64,000 bases of DNA, taken from contig NIVC01003929.1 in the NCBI GenBank assembly GCA_002269645.1, positions 1 to 64,000 on the forward strand, in the 5' to 3' direction. The DNA is from Macrostomum lignano (taxonomy: Eukaryota). Positions 25,801-37,842 of this stretch are shown here, one piece after another. The notes under the pieces were generated by a model. It was not told the DNA's origin. It saw only the letters and a list, made by a program, of their open reading frames with translations, and made no database searches. Positions within the stretch are counted from its first letter, which is position 1; each line of letters opens with the position of its first letter. The position numbers and the translations under genes are program-made.

Positions 25801-27430
25801 AGAGATCAGAGAGAGATCAGAGAGGTCAGGGAGAGATCAGAGAGAGATCAGAGAGGTCAGAGAGAGATCAGAGAGAGATCAGAGAGATCAGAGAGAGATC
25901 AGAGAGAGATCAGAGAGATCAGAGAGATCAGAGAGATCAGAGAGATCAGAGAGATCAGAGAGATCAGAGAGAGATCAGAGAGAGATCAGAGAGAGAGATC
26001 AGAGAGATCAGAGAGATCAGAGAGAGAGATCAGAGAGAGATCAGAGAGAGAGATCAGAGAGAGATCAGAGAGATCAGAGAGAGATCAGAGAGAGATCAGA
26101 GAGATCAGAGAGATCAGAGAGATCAGAGAGATCAGAGAGATCAGAGAGATCAGAGAGATCAGAGAGATCAGAGAGAGATCAGAGAGATCAGAGAGAGAGA
26201 TCAGAGAGAGAGATCAGAGAGAGAGATCAGAGAGAGAGAGATCAGAGAGAGAGATCAGAGAGAGAGATCAGAGAGAGAGATCAGAGAGAGAGATCAGAGA
26301 GATCAGAGAGATCAGAGAGATCAGAGAGATCAGAGAGAGATCAGAGAGGTCAGGGAGAGATCAGAGAGAGATCAGAGAGATCAGAGAGATTAGAGAGATC
26401 AGAGAGATCAGAGAGATCAGAGAGATCAGAGAGATCAGAGAGATCAGAGAGATCAGAGAGATCAGAGAGAGATCAGAGAGAGATCAGAGAGATCAGAGAG
26501 ATCAGAGAGAGAGATCAGAGAGAGAGATCAGAGAAAGAGATCAGAGAGATCAGAGAGAGAGATCAGAGAGAGAGATCAGAGAGAGAGATCAGAGAGATCA
26601 GAGAGATCAGAGAGATCAGAGAGATCAGAGAGAGATCAGAGAGGTCAGGGAGAGATCAGAGAGAGATCAGAGAGATCAGAGAGAGATCAGAGAGAGATCA
26701 GAGAGATCAGAGAGATCAGAGAGATCAGAGAGATCAGAGAGATCAGAGAGATCAGAGAGATCAGAGAGAGATCAGAGAGAGATCAGAGAGATCAGAGAGA
26801 TCAGAGAGAGATCAGAGAGAGATCAGAGAGAGAGATCAGAGAGATCAGAGAGATCAGAGAGAGAGATCAGAGAGATCAGAGAGATCAGAGAGAGATCAGA
26901 GAGATCAGAGAGATTAGAGAGAGAGATCAGAGAGATTAGAGAGAGAGATCAGAGGGAGATCAGAGAGATCAGGGAGATCAGAGAGAGAGATCAGAGAGAT
27001 CAGAGAGATCAGAGAGAGATCAGAGAGATCAGAGAGAGAGATCAGAGAGAGAGATCAGAGAGAGATCAGAGAGATCAGGGAGATCAGAGAGAGAGATCAG
27101 AGAGATTAGAGAGAGAGATCAGAGAGATTAGAGAGAGAGATCAGAGAGAGAGATCAGAGAGAGAGATCAGAGAGAGAGATCAGAGAGATCAGAGAGATTA
27201 GAGAGAGAGATCAGAGAGAGAGATCAGAGAGAGAGATCAGAGAGAGAGAGATCAGAGAGAGAGATCAGAGAGAGAGATCAGAGAGAGAGATCAGAGAGAG
27301 AGATCAGAGAGATCAGAGAGATCAGAGAGATCAGAGAGATCAGAGAGAGATCAGAGAGGTCAGGGAGAGATCAGAGAGAGATCAGAGAGATCAGAGAGAG
27401 ATCAGAGAGAGATCAGAGAAATAGTAGAGA
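22812..27430. repeat. GA-rich satellite built from (GA)n-TC units (gagatcaga…), about 4.6 kb
   Basis: Direct; higher-order periodicity is visible. Confidence 0.99.
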
Positions 27431-28217
27431 TCAGAGGGAGAAATCAATTAGTATCTTTTGACGGAGAGGGTTCTAAAAAAACTTCGGGTTTTCGGGGCCA
27501 CGTCAGGTCAGTGAGCTGAGTGCACCCCAGTCAATACTTATGCCCTGACAGCATCTTAAGCCCCACAAAGCAGATTTCTGCTATTTGTAGCTTGATGCAC
27601 TGATCAAATCCTACTTTTCCCCTCTTTGGGACACTTTTCCTAGGGATATTCGAGACGCCCAAACTGAAGACTGGCTGATACAGCTGCAGCTTCCTGCTAG
27701 AATCGATCGCCACCCCCCTTGTCTGTCGAGCCGCATCCGCGTCAGGGTCGATCAGGGGCTTCATAAAAACGAACCAAGGAGAGCATTAGTATTGGGAGCA
27801 GATTACAGCTAGGATTTTTCACCTATTAGTCTCTGAGCAGACGAACGAATATTTAGTGGCTAAAATAATCGGGACTGAAGATTGAGATTGGGGATAAATA
27901 ATATCTGATTTTAGATTTATTACAGCTCATATTGACCAGTTTTTAGCTTTTAGCTAGATGGAATAAGCAAGTTGGAAGATTTCTGACCCCCCCTCTAGCC
28001 AGCCATCAATCCATTTGACTGCAATTTACTAAATTAGACTGCTTTGGAACTCACTTCTATGCCTGCTTCTTCTGGGGGATGGATTCGATTTTAGATTCGA
28101 ATCATAAGTCATAAGCCATTAATCATGATATGACTGATTGTTGGGAAGGATTTTGTAGGCTGGGAAACATCCGTGTGAGAATATATTGCGAATTAAGGAG
28201 TCTTGCAATATAGCAGA

Positions 28218-28658
28218 AATCAGAGAGAGATCAGAGAGATCAGAGAGATCAGAGAGATAGAGAGACTGGAGAGACTGGAGAGATTAGAGAGATTAAAGAG
28301 ATCATAAAGATTAGAGAGATTAGAGAGATTAGAGAGTTGAGAGAGAACAGAGATACCTGGTATCAGAAAGATTAAAGAGATCAGAGAGAGATCAAAGAGA
28401 GGTCAAAAGGAGATCAGAGATATTAGAAGGAGATCAGAGGGAGATCAGAGAGAGATCAGAGAGATCAGAGGGAGATCAGAGGGAGATTAGAGAGAGCAGA
28501 GAGAGATCAGAGGGAGATCAGAGGGAGATCAGAGGGAGATCAGAGGGAGATCAGAGAGATCAGAGGGAGATCAGAGAGATCAGAGAGAGATCAGAGAGAT
28601 CAGAGGGATCAAGGGAGATCAGAGAGATCAGAGAAAGATGAGAGGGAGATAAGAGATA
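28218..28658. repeat. Degenerate outlier of the gagatcaga satellite
   Basis: Same motif, more diverged. Confidence 0.9.
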
Positions 28659-28815
28659 TCAGGACTGAGAGCAGGGCTTCACTGCAACTCCAGATGAAGC
28701 AGCACTTATACTGGATCCCAGGTTCAAATCGGAGCCGCCCAGTTGATCAGTGCAGACAGTTACAGAGCTGGCAGGGCTAAAATAAAAATATATATTCGAG
28801 CTTGAGCTTGAGCTT

Positions 28816-28942
<127 letters not shown>

Positions 28943-29449
28943 GAGGCGTGCCCCAGCTTCTTCCACGCGGCACGCAGTCGTCTTGTTTAAGTCCATAAAT
29001 TAAATAGTGCTGAGTTTCAGAATGAGCAACTGACCCCTACTATTGAAGGGAGGGAAGAACAGTATTGGGGGTTCGCTGCAAAATATTCCCCAATCGGTCT
29101 GCGGGAGGAACTGATACTTTCTTTACCAGCTACGATGAAGCCCCCCCCCAACCCGCAGCTGATTAGGGAAGCTGGAGAGAAGAGAGAAATGAGTGAAGAA
29201 AAGAGAGGAAAAAGAGAGAAAGACCCGCTGCCATAAAAGCCGATCGATCGCCTCTGAACTGTGGGCTTTCGATCGATACTTGAGCTGAGGGGGGGCAGAA
29301 TCCGAGCTTCATCATCCTCTTCTCTTCTTTCTCTCTCGTGTGCACTCTACCGCCTTTTAAATGTTCCAAAAGTGCTGGAACTGCCTATGGTGATCCATGA
29401 AAAAATAATTTGAGATACTTGTACATTTAAAATTAAGAATTAGGATTAG

Positions 29450-30280
29450 TGGGGCAGTGGGAGAGTGGGGGCAGTGGGAGAGCGGGGGCAGTGAGAGAGT
29501 GGGGCAGTGGGAGAGTGGGGCAGTGGGAGAGTGGGGGCAGTGGGAGAGTGGGGGCAGTGGGAGAGTGGGGCAGTGGGAGAGTGGGGCAGTGGAGAGTGGG
29601 GGCAGTGGGAGAGTGGGGGCAGTGGGAGAGTGGGGGCAGTGGGAGAGTGGGGGCAGTGGGAGAGTGGGGGCAGTGGGAGAGTGGGGCAGTGGGAGAGTGG
29701 GGCAGTGGGAGAGTGGGGGCGGTGGGAGAGTGGGGGCAGTGGGAGAGTGGGGCAGTGGGAGAGTGGGGCAGTGGGAGAGTGGGGCAGTGGGAGAGTGGGG
29801 CAGTGGGAGAGTGGGGGCAGTGGGAGAGTGGGGCAGTGGGAGAGTGGGGGCAGTGGGAGAGTGGGGGCAGTGGGAGAGTGGGGGCAGTGGGAGAGTGGGG
29901 CAGTGGGAGAGTGGGGGCAGTGGGAGAGTGGGGGCAGTGGGAGAGTGGGGCAGTGGGAGAGTGGGGGCAGTGGGAGAGTGGGGGCAGTGGGAGAGTGGGG
30001 GCAGTGGGAGAGTGGGGCAATGGGAGAGTGGGGGCAGTGGGAGAGTGGGGGCAGAGTGGGGGCAGTGGGAGAGTGGGGCAGTGGGAGAGTGGGGGCAGTG
30101 GGAGAGTGGGGGCAGTGGGAGAGTGGGGGCAGTGGGAGAGTGGGGCAGTGGGAGAGTGGGGCAGTGGGAGAGTGGGGGCAGTGGGAGAGTGGGGGCAGTG
30201 GGAGAGTGGGGGCAGTGGGAGAGTGGGGCAGTGGGAGAGTGGGGGCAGTGGGAGAGTGGGGGCAGTGGGAGAGTGGGGGC
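29450..30280. repeat. 16-17 bp G-rich minisatellite (ggggcagtgggagagtg)n
   Basis: Direct; the + strand is strongly G-skewed. Confidence 0.98.
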
Positions 30281-30656
30281 TCTCGCACGACAAGCCGCAG
30301 GCCAATTTTTGTTTTAAAAATTAATTTGGCCGCAAACAAAGCTTAAGAGAGATTGACCCGCTACCGCTCGTGTGCCTACTATCCTACTGTTAGTAGTTAT
30401 ATTCACTATCACAAACTTCTCCATTGATGCTGTCCCACCTCGGCTCATTCAGCCCCGCTATGGCAAAGTGGCAAAGAAGAAATTAAAAAAACTTCTTTTT
30501 TTCCAGGCGTGCGAATCTCCCCAGCGAAGCCGGCCGAACGCGTGAGAAATTTTCTGGCCGCGAGACTCTGAGCAACGCCCGCCGACTCAGGCCGCCGCCC
30601 TGACAGAGAAAAAAGGCCAGCCGTTGACCCGAAGCAGAGTTGGTGCTCAGAGAGAA

Positions 30657-31243
30657 ATGCCAGTTGAAGCCGCTAAAGAAGACGCGGCAGGCGGCCCGTC
30701 TCTGGACTTGTGGTCGGCCTGCCTGGCGCAGCATGACGGCACCGTGACGGAGCAGCTGAGGCGCAGCGGATTCATCGCTGAAGACGCCGACGGAGCTTCC
30801 AAAGAAGGTGCAGAAGCGCCGCCGTCGAGCTGGTCGGTGGCGACAGCGGACTACGACTGGATCAGCGGCAGGGAGCGCGGCACCCCGGTCAAGTTGACCT
30901 TCGCCGCCGACCAACCCGACGATGCCGACGTTGCGACCGACTGTCGAGACGAATTCTTCAACGCCGTCGAAGATGCCGCTAGCAACGAGGAAAATGGCGG
31001 CTTCTGGTGGCGCTCGCCGCACCATCGGGTCCGGGTTCGATTCCCGGACAAGAGGCTGTGCGAGGCGGCGACAAGCGGCAGCCGGCCGGGCCACCTGCTG
31101 CTGTTCGACCTGTGCCGCATGGCCGCCGCCTGCCTGCACGGGCGGCACCGGAAGGGGCGGCTCCGCCTGCTCTGCCCGGCCGAGCTGCTGCAGCGGGACT
31201 GGGAGCAGCTGGAGGAGCCGCTACCATCATCTCAGTCAGCGAG
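30657..31243 (+). CDS. Predicted exon 1 of a large cGLR/Mab-21 gene (unrecognised domain)
   Basis: ATG at 30657 (MPVEAAKED…) with coding-like GC-rich sequence. A phase-2 donor AG|GTTTGA at 31243/31244 (weak) joins in frame to 32058. Confidence 0.6.
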
Positions 31244-31324
31244 GTTTGACCTTTTGACATTGTCAGATTCAGAATCATAGTCAACTAGCAGCAACATTAA
31301 CAGCAACAAAATGCGCTGCCAGGG

Positions 31325-31933
31325 TCTTTAGAAGGCGGCATTACAAGGCGAACAAAAGCCACCCCGCCGCAAGCCACCCAGTCAGGGGCGCCAGCGGACT
31401 GCCAGCTGGAGTCGCCGACGGCGCAGCAGGTCCGCGAGGATTTGCGGGCTTGCCTGAGCTGCCTTTCGTTCTATGAGAGCAGTCCTGCAGTTCGAGGCCT
31501 TACCTGACCGCCAGAGGGCGGCGTTGTTCCAGGCGGTGATCGAGACTGTCCTTTTTATCACCGCGCCGGCCTGATTCGTCCAAGCGACCTGTTGCGCCGT
31601 CGGCGACTCCAGCTGGCAGGCCACATCATCCGCGCCGAGTCGTACTGCCCAGAGCCGGTGGCAGGAGGTGCTGCTGCTGACGCTGCAGGCACCCTACCGG
31701 CGGGGGCAGGCGCGCACTCGGCATTTCGTCGACTGCCTGCTGGCTGACGCCGGCGCCCCGGATTCGGCCGGCAGCGTGGCGTTCATTCGCGACCTGGCTT
31801 TGAAGCGCGCCTTGTGACGCTGAACGCGTATACTGTTGTTGTTGTTGTTGTTGTTGTTATTGTTGTTGTTGTTGTTGTTGTTGTTATTGTTGTTGCTGTT
31901 GCTGTTGTTATTGTTGTTGTTGTTGTTGTTGTT

Positions 31934-31969
<36 letters not shown>

Positions 31970-32000
31970 ATTGTTGTTGTTGTTGTTGTTGCTGTTGTTG
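31325..32000 (+). mobile_element. Internally deleted RTE-type non-LTR retrotransposon remnant with a (TTG)n tail, inside predicted intron 1
   Basis: About 31583-31817 translates as SDLLRRRRLQLAGHIIRAESYCPEP/QEVLLLTLQAPYRRGQARTRHFVDCLLADAG…KRAL*. This matches the RTE RT C-terminus pattern RRRLRWAGHxxR…RGRP…D. (TTG)n follows at 31834-32000. The 5' boundary is approximate. Confidence 0.8.
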
Positions 32001-32057
32001 AGACTATTAAAATTTTCCCAAGCTTTAAAATTTCAATATCAATCTTTAAAACTCCAG

Positions 32058-32957
32058 GACTCCAGAGCCGCAGCCGCTGCAGCATCGAAGACAGCGGCGC
32101 TATCGTCTGGCAACCCTGCACCTGGTGGCCACCTTCGCCTGCCTGACCTTCTACGCCAGGACCAATGCGGCCGACGAGGTGGACACTGCCGCTCAGGATG
32201 AGGAATCGGACTATGCGGATGCTGAGCTCGGAGCCGAGCTAACCGGAAGTGAGCTGGTCGTGTGCGGCTCTACGGACCAGTTCGATCAGCTCAGCCTGAG
32301 AATCAGCCGCGCGGGTGGCGGCGGCGGCGGGCCGTGGCAGCCGGCGTCCTGCGTGCACTACCGACCAGCCGATCCGGCCGGCAGCGAGCGGGATCTGCAG
32401 CGCGGCATCGAGCAGTGCCGAGGCAGCGGTGCTCTCGTGGCTCTGTTCAGCGAGAGCGAATTGGCCTGGCCTCCGGAAGTAGCGGACGGAACCAGAACCG
32501 GAAAGCAAACCGAAAGCGACAGCAAAAGAAAACGGAGCGAAAGCAGAAGGCGAAGCAGTAAACGAGTCAGCGCAGCCGGAAGCGACCATAGGAAAGTAAA
32601 CAGACGAGAAAGTAAAACCGAACACAAGAGTGACAGCAGAAGGGGAACCGGAAGCGGAACCGGAACAGGAGAGGTAGTTGGCTTTGGCCGCCTGTCCGGA
32701 CACGACATCAGCGGAATTCGGATTGTCCGCCGGAGCGAGGCGGCGACCTTAGCGGCTCCCAGAGTCAGCGTTGTTCAGTTCGACTGCCAGCAGCCGAGCC
32801 GCCAACTTCCGGTAGCCCCCAAAGCGGCAGCGGCCTCGCCAGATCCGCTAATCCGGTCGCTGCTTCGCCTGTCGACTGGCAGCGGTCAGGCACTCCGACT
32901 GCGCTGCCTCCTGGTGCCGTGCGAGAACTCGCTGTGGCTGTGCGGCCGGCTGGCTGT
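32058..32957 (+). CDS. Predicted exon 2 of the large cGLR/Mab-21 gene (unrecognised domain)
   Basis: Acceptor …actccAG|G at 32057/32058 is in frame with ORF 32125-32961. The donor GT|GTGAGC at 32957/32958 (phase 2) overlaps the apparent TGA stop. Confidence 0.6.
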
Positions 32958-32977
32958 GTGAGCTGGATATAATGGAT

Positions 32978-33308
<331 letters not shown>

Positions 33309-33382
33309 TTGAATTGCCCAGCAGCGGGGCGGTGGTGGGCAGAGCAGCTCCAGTGGTGACGCGTCTGGTTCTCGAGTATGTT

Positions 33383-33687
33383 CAGGGGTTGTAGCAGAGT
33401 GGTTGGAGCGTCGGACTCACGACTGAAAGGTCGGGGGTTCGATTCTCAATCCACTCGTAACACTTTGTGTCCTTGAGCAAGACACTCAAATCTGCATTGC
33501 TTCAGCTCACCCAGCTGTAAAATGGGTGCCAGCATTAGCTGGGGTAATTGAGGGTGTGTGCGGCGGCCCCCCAGTCCTTGGACTGAACAGCCGTACGCAG
33601 CCTTCAGATGAGACGTGCAATAGCTGCGGCTGAGCTGTCGGTTCCACATCTGGCCATTGGGGCAGGTTAATCAGTTATTATTATTAT
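33383..33687 (+). mobile_element. tRNA-derived CORE-like SINE (copy 2), inside predicted intron 2
   Basis: Aligns end to end with the reverse complement of 6592-6894; A/B boxes, CORE-like block and (TTA)n tail. Confidence 0.9.
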
Positions 33688-34216
33688 CAGGCGTTAGCGG
33701 AATCAGCACGCGGACCGACTGTGGGAGGCAAACTCAACTAAAAACTCACACCTTAGCATGATCCCCTTTTAAATCCGTTTAATTGTACTTCGAATAATAA
33801 AATGGTGCTAGCAGGGATGTGATTTGAACGCGAGGCTTAAGGGAACGAGAGAAAAATCATTTAAAAATTTGAAGCTGCAAACCGGACATTCGATGACCGG
33901 ACTGCGTTCCCTTAGAAGTTCTTCTTGGTGTCAGTTGAAGAGCATCAGCTGTCTGCAGCAGGCTCCGGGAAGAGTTCGGTATTAATTCCCCACACTAAAG
34001 TTTTTTTTGCTTTTAGGGGCAGTTTCGCCTGGGAAAGTCTCCGACTCGAAAATTAACCAAAAGAGTGAATGCGCAACAATTTTAGATTTTGATGTAAAAA
34101 CCTGCGTATACAGACAAGCACAGAGCCTCGAACTTTGTGGAACTGTTTGTCAGAGGAACTGACTAACCTCAGAAAAACTGACTTAACCCGCGCATTGCAC
34201 ACCCCCCCCCCTGTAG

Positions 34217-36125
34217 CTCGGTGGAGCAGGCGGAACGCCAACTCAGTCGCCGGCTCAACCGCCTGCTGTCGCTGGCCGGATTCAACTCGGAGCGGATCGG
34301 GCGGCTCTGCGGCCTCGCCGACTGCCTGGAGGAGCTCGGCAGGGACGTCACGCAGGACGAGCGCCTGCTGGTTGGCAGCCTCGCCGACGGCTGGGGCGCC
34401 AACATTGTGCAGGCCAGCGGCCGGCCCGGGCCGCGCACCGACATCAACTGGCTGCTGCTGCCGGACACCGATGGCACGGGAAACGGCGGCGGAGAGCGCC
34501 GAGGCGGCAGCGCTCGGCAGTCGCTGCTCCATCCCGAAGGTCTGTGCAGCTGCGCCGGGCGGCGCCGAGGCAGCCGGAGCTCGCCGGCCAGCCAGTCGGC
34601 AACACCGTCGCCGCAGTCGGGACCGCCGGCCACTTTGTCTCGGCCAGCTCAGCGCGAGTGGACAGCCTTCCACTGCTGCTGCCCATGCGGCGACGGCAAC
34701 AACAGCAGCGCTGGCTTCGCCGTTTCCAATGGCAACGAGCCGGCGAAGCGGGCGCCGCCACAGAGGCGGCCCAGCAAAAAACCGGCGGATCGGAGGACGT
34801 CGAAGCCGCCGCCGCCGCCGCCGCTGCTGCTGGTCCGCTGGGCTGATGGCCGCCTCCGGCCGGACTGCTGCCTGGCGGAGCGGGCGGCGATGCGCCAACT
34901 GACGACCACGCAGGGCCGCCTGTTCCTGCTGCTGAAGTTGGCCTGCGGCCGCCTGATTCCGGGCCTGGGCTCGCGGCACGCCAAGCAGCTGCTGTTTCAC
35001 GCGCTGGCCGCAGGCGTCGAATCGAGCCGCGTCTGCTCGGACTGGCCAGAGGAGGAGCGGTTGGTTCAGCGGGTCAAGGAGGCTCTGCGGCTGCTGGACC
35101 GCCTGCTGGCAAGCGATGCCCGGCCCGGCCTCAGCCTGCCGCAGTTCTTCGCCCCAGTCGGCGCCGCGGAGGCTACAGCTGGGGCGGTTTCGACCGCAGC
35201 AGAGGAGCCCGAAGCATCCAATGCTGACGACTGGTGGTGGCTGCGGTTCGACGGGCCGGAGGCGGACTCGCTGCTGGCAAAGTCGCGCGCCGTGGAAGCC
35301 CTCGCCGAGCTGCTCGCCAACCCTGGCCGACTGTGGCGCCTCGCCTCCGACACGGTGCGCCCGCTGCCGAGCCCCGACAGTCCCCCGCTGCTGTTCCAGC
35401 CGTTCGCCCTGCTGCCGGCCTCGCCAGAGCCGCCGCTGTTGCGGCTTCGACCAAATTTTCCGCCCAGCTGGTACAGCTTCGTGCACCGCTGCCTGGAGTC
35501 GCTTGACGACAGCGGCGGCGCCATCGGGGCCGCCTCCGACCGAGCGGGGCTGCTGCGTCAGCTGGAGCAGCTGGAGCCGAACTGCGGACTTGCCGCCGTC
35601 TGCCTGACTGCCATGACTCATCTGCGCTTTGGTGACGAGGGCGCCGCCAGGCGCACGCTCTCCGCGTCGCCAGCAGAAGACTGGCGCCCGATCGACCTTC
35701 GGCGCGGTCTGGATGCAGCCGCGGCCGACGCTGTGGCAGCCGGCGCCGGGGTCGATCCACGCCGCCTGTCCGAAGCCGCCGCACAGTTTCCGGCCGCCGT
35801 TGCTGGCCGATTCTGCTTCCGGTTCCGACGGCGGCCGAGCTTTGACTACCTGCCGCACCTGGCCAGACGGCATTTCCCCACCTGCCTGTCCGAGAGGCAC
35901 CAGCTGTACATGTGCAACTTCACCTGCCTGTGGCGGGCGCTCTGCCTGCAGCTGCTGCCGCCCGGAGCTCGACGCCCTGTCGGCGAGGCCGAATGGCTAC
36001 TCAGGCTGGCCGAGGACCCGGAGCCCGAGGAGCTGCACCTGACTGGCAGCTGGAGCCGGGATCCGGCCGCGCTGCGCCGCTGCATCGAGATGCTGAGCCA
36101 GATGGAGCGGGAGTGCGAGCTGTGA
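34217..36125 (+). CDS. cGAS-like receptor / Mab-21-family nucleotidyltransferase-fold exon (predicted exon 3)
   Basis: LVGSLADGWGAN…RTDINWLL matches the hGSxAEG…DxD NTase motif region. CCLAERAAMRQLTTTQGRLFLLLK…SRHAKQLLFH…DWPEEERLVQRVKEALRLLDRLL…LSLPQFFAP matches the Mab-21 C-terminal helical lobe (SFSxAE…LLK…SYHLKT…W…LPHFF.P). There is no in-frame ATG (upstream stop at 34179). Branch point GACTAAC at 34161, a C-rich tract and TAG| acceptor at 34216. Confidence 0.85.
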
Positions 36126-36261
36126 AGCTTTGGAAACCGCGACTCGCTTGTTCTTGCTTGTTTTAAATTTATTATTTTCATTATCAGACTGGACTGAGCA
36201 AAAGCTTTAGCTTATATCACCAATTATTTCATTAATTTTTCAGAATCCCCAATTCAACGCC

Positions 36262-36700
36262 TCTAATTCAACCATAGTTCAACCTCCAATGCAACACCTC
36301 CAAATCAACCCCCACAATGCAACTCCTCCAAATCAACCCCCCACAATGCAACCCTTCCAAATCAACTCCCCACAATGCAACTCTTTCAAATCACCCCCCC
36401 ACAATGCAACCCCCTCTAAATCAACCCCCCCACAATGCAACCCCCTCTAAATCAACCCCCACAATGCAACCCCTCTGAATCAACCCCCCCACAATGCAAT
36501 CCCCTCTAAATCAACCCCCCACAATGCAATCCCCTCTTAATCAACCCCCCACAATGCAATCCCCTCTTAATCAACCCCCCACAATGCAATCCCCTCTTAA
36601 TCAACCCCCCACAATGCAATTCATTCTTAATCAACCCCCAACAATGCAACCCTCTCTAAATCAACTCCCCAAAATGCAACCCTCTCCAAATCAACCCTCC
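36262..36700. repeat. 30-bp minisatellite (tcaaccccccacaatgcaatcccctcttaa)n
   Basis: Direct. Confidence 0.95.
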
Positions 36701-37231
36701 AATTATTAATTGATAGTGAAAAACTTTTTTCCTATTTACTCAAAGCGTAAATTTTAAAGAACAATTATACCATATATTAGCACCTTAAATCTCCTATATA
36801 TTTATTTGCACCACGTCTAACTATTAGTAAACCAACTTCTATGCCAGAGCATTATGTTCTGTCACAAAATAAAACATAAAACCTTTTCTGCAAAATTTCA
36901 AGATAGATTTTAATTAACAAAGTACGCAGCAAAGCCACTGTTCTTCTAAAAGAAAATCGAGAAACGGAGAAACCAACGCCAAAGGGAGAGGCAATAAACA
37001 GAATAGAATTATTGCCCAACCTGGGTCAAAGGACCAGAGCCTGCAATAAATTCTCTCTTTTTCTGTGACAGCTCAGTTTTACACGCCAGACTTGGGGTCG
37101 TTAACCTTGAAGCTAAGCTGAAAACTTTTCGTTTCTTCTGTAAAACAGAAAATGCCAAAATTTGCCGCTGCACCTTCCCTATTTAAAATAGGCGAGAAAG
37201 AGAAGAGAAGAGCCTCAAAAAAAGCAGAGAA

Positions 37232-37520
37232 ATGCAACAACTAAGCGAAGGTGGTCGCGTCTTCACGAACTGTCTGGAGTGCGGCTTTAGCAGTGTTGTC
37301 ACATTTTGTCGACAAAATATCGAGCAGAGCTGCTCCTGGCCTGGCGCACAGCGTGGTGTTGTGGGTGCTGCTGCATCTGCCAGTACTTTGGCGAGTGAGC
37401 AGCGCGAAGATTTCGAAAGCTTGACGGAAAATGGCAACAGCTGTGCGGCTGCAGACAAACGGCAGCAGAAGCCCGTTGAAACCAACGATGACAACTGCTG
37501 GCCTTGGATGGCGGTTGTCG
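37232..37520 (+). CDS. Hox gene exon 1 (Lox2/Lox4, Ubx/Abd-A type), ending in the hexapeptide CWPWMAVVG
   Basis: ATG at 37232; …NCWPWMAVV G|GTGAGG phase-1 donor at 37520/37521. Confidence 0.85.
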
Positions 37521-37842
37521 GTGAGGGGTTTGGGTGTTATTGTCGGTGAGGGGTTGGGTGTTATTGTCGGTGAGGGGTTGGGTGTTATTGTCGGTGAGGG
37601 GTTGGGTGTTATTGTCGGTGAGGGGTTGGGTGTATTGCCGGTGAGGGGTTTGGGTGTTATTGTCAGTGAGGGGTTGGGTGTTATTGCCGGTGAGGGGTTG
37701 GGGTGTTATTGTCGGTGAGGGGTTGGGTGTTATTGTCGGTGAGGGGTTGGGTGTATTGCCGGTGAGGGGTTTGGGTGTTATTGTCAGTGAGGGGTTTGGG
37801 TGTTATTGTCGGTGAGGGGTTGGGTGTATTGCCGGTGAGGGG
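37515..37842. repeat. 24-25 bp minisatellite made of the Hox exon-1/intron junction (tgtcg|gtgaggggttgggtgttat)n
   Basis: About 13 tandem units; the first contains the true donor. Confidence 0.95.

Noticed and set aside
27591-27812. 73-codon open stretch after a ttgtAG acceptor (LDALIKSYFSPLWDTFP…)
   Set aside because: No start codon, partner exon or homology can be supported.
31088-31125. HLLLFDLCR resembles the paracaspase/caspase hhhhDxCR catalytic motif
   Set aside because: No upstream His-Gly dyad motif was found; a single short match is insufficient without a profile search.
34053-35900. 615-aa minus-strand ORF and other overlapping ORFs in GC-rich genes
   Set aside because: These are antisense or alternate-frame shadows of the Mab-21 and GPCR ORFs, with no motifs.
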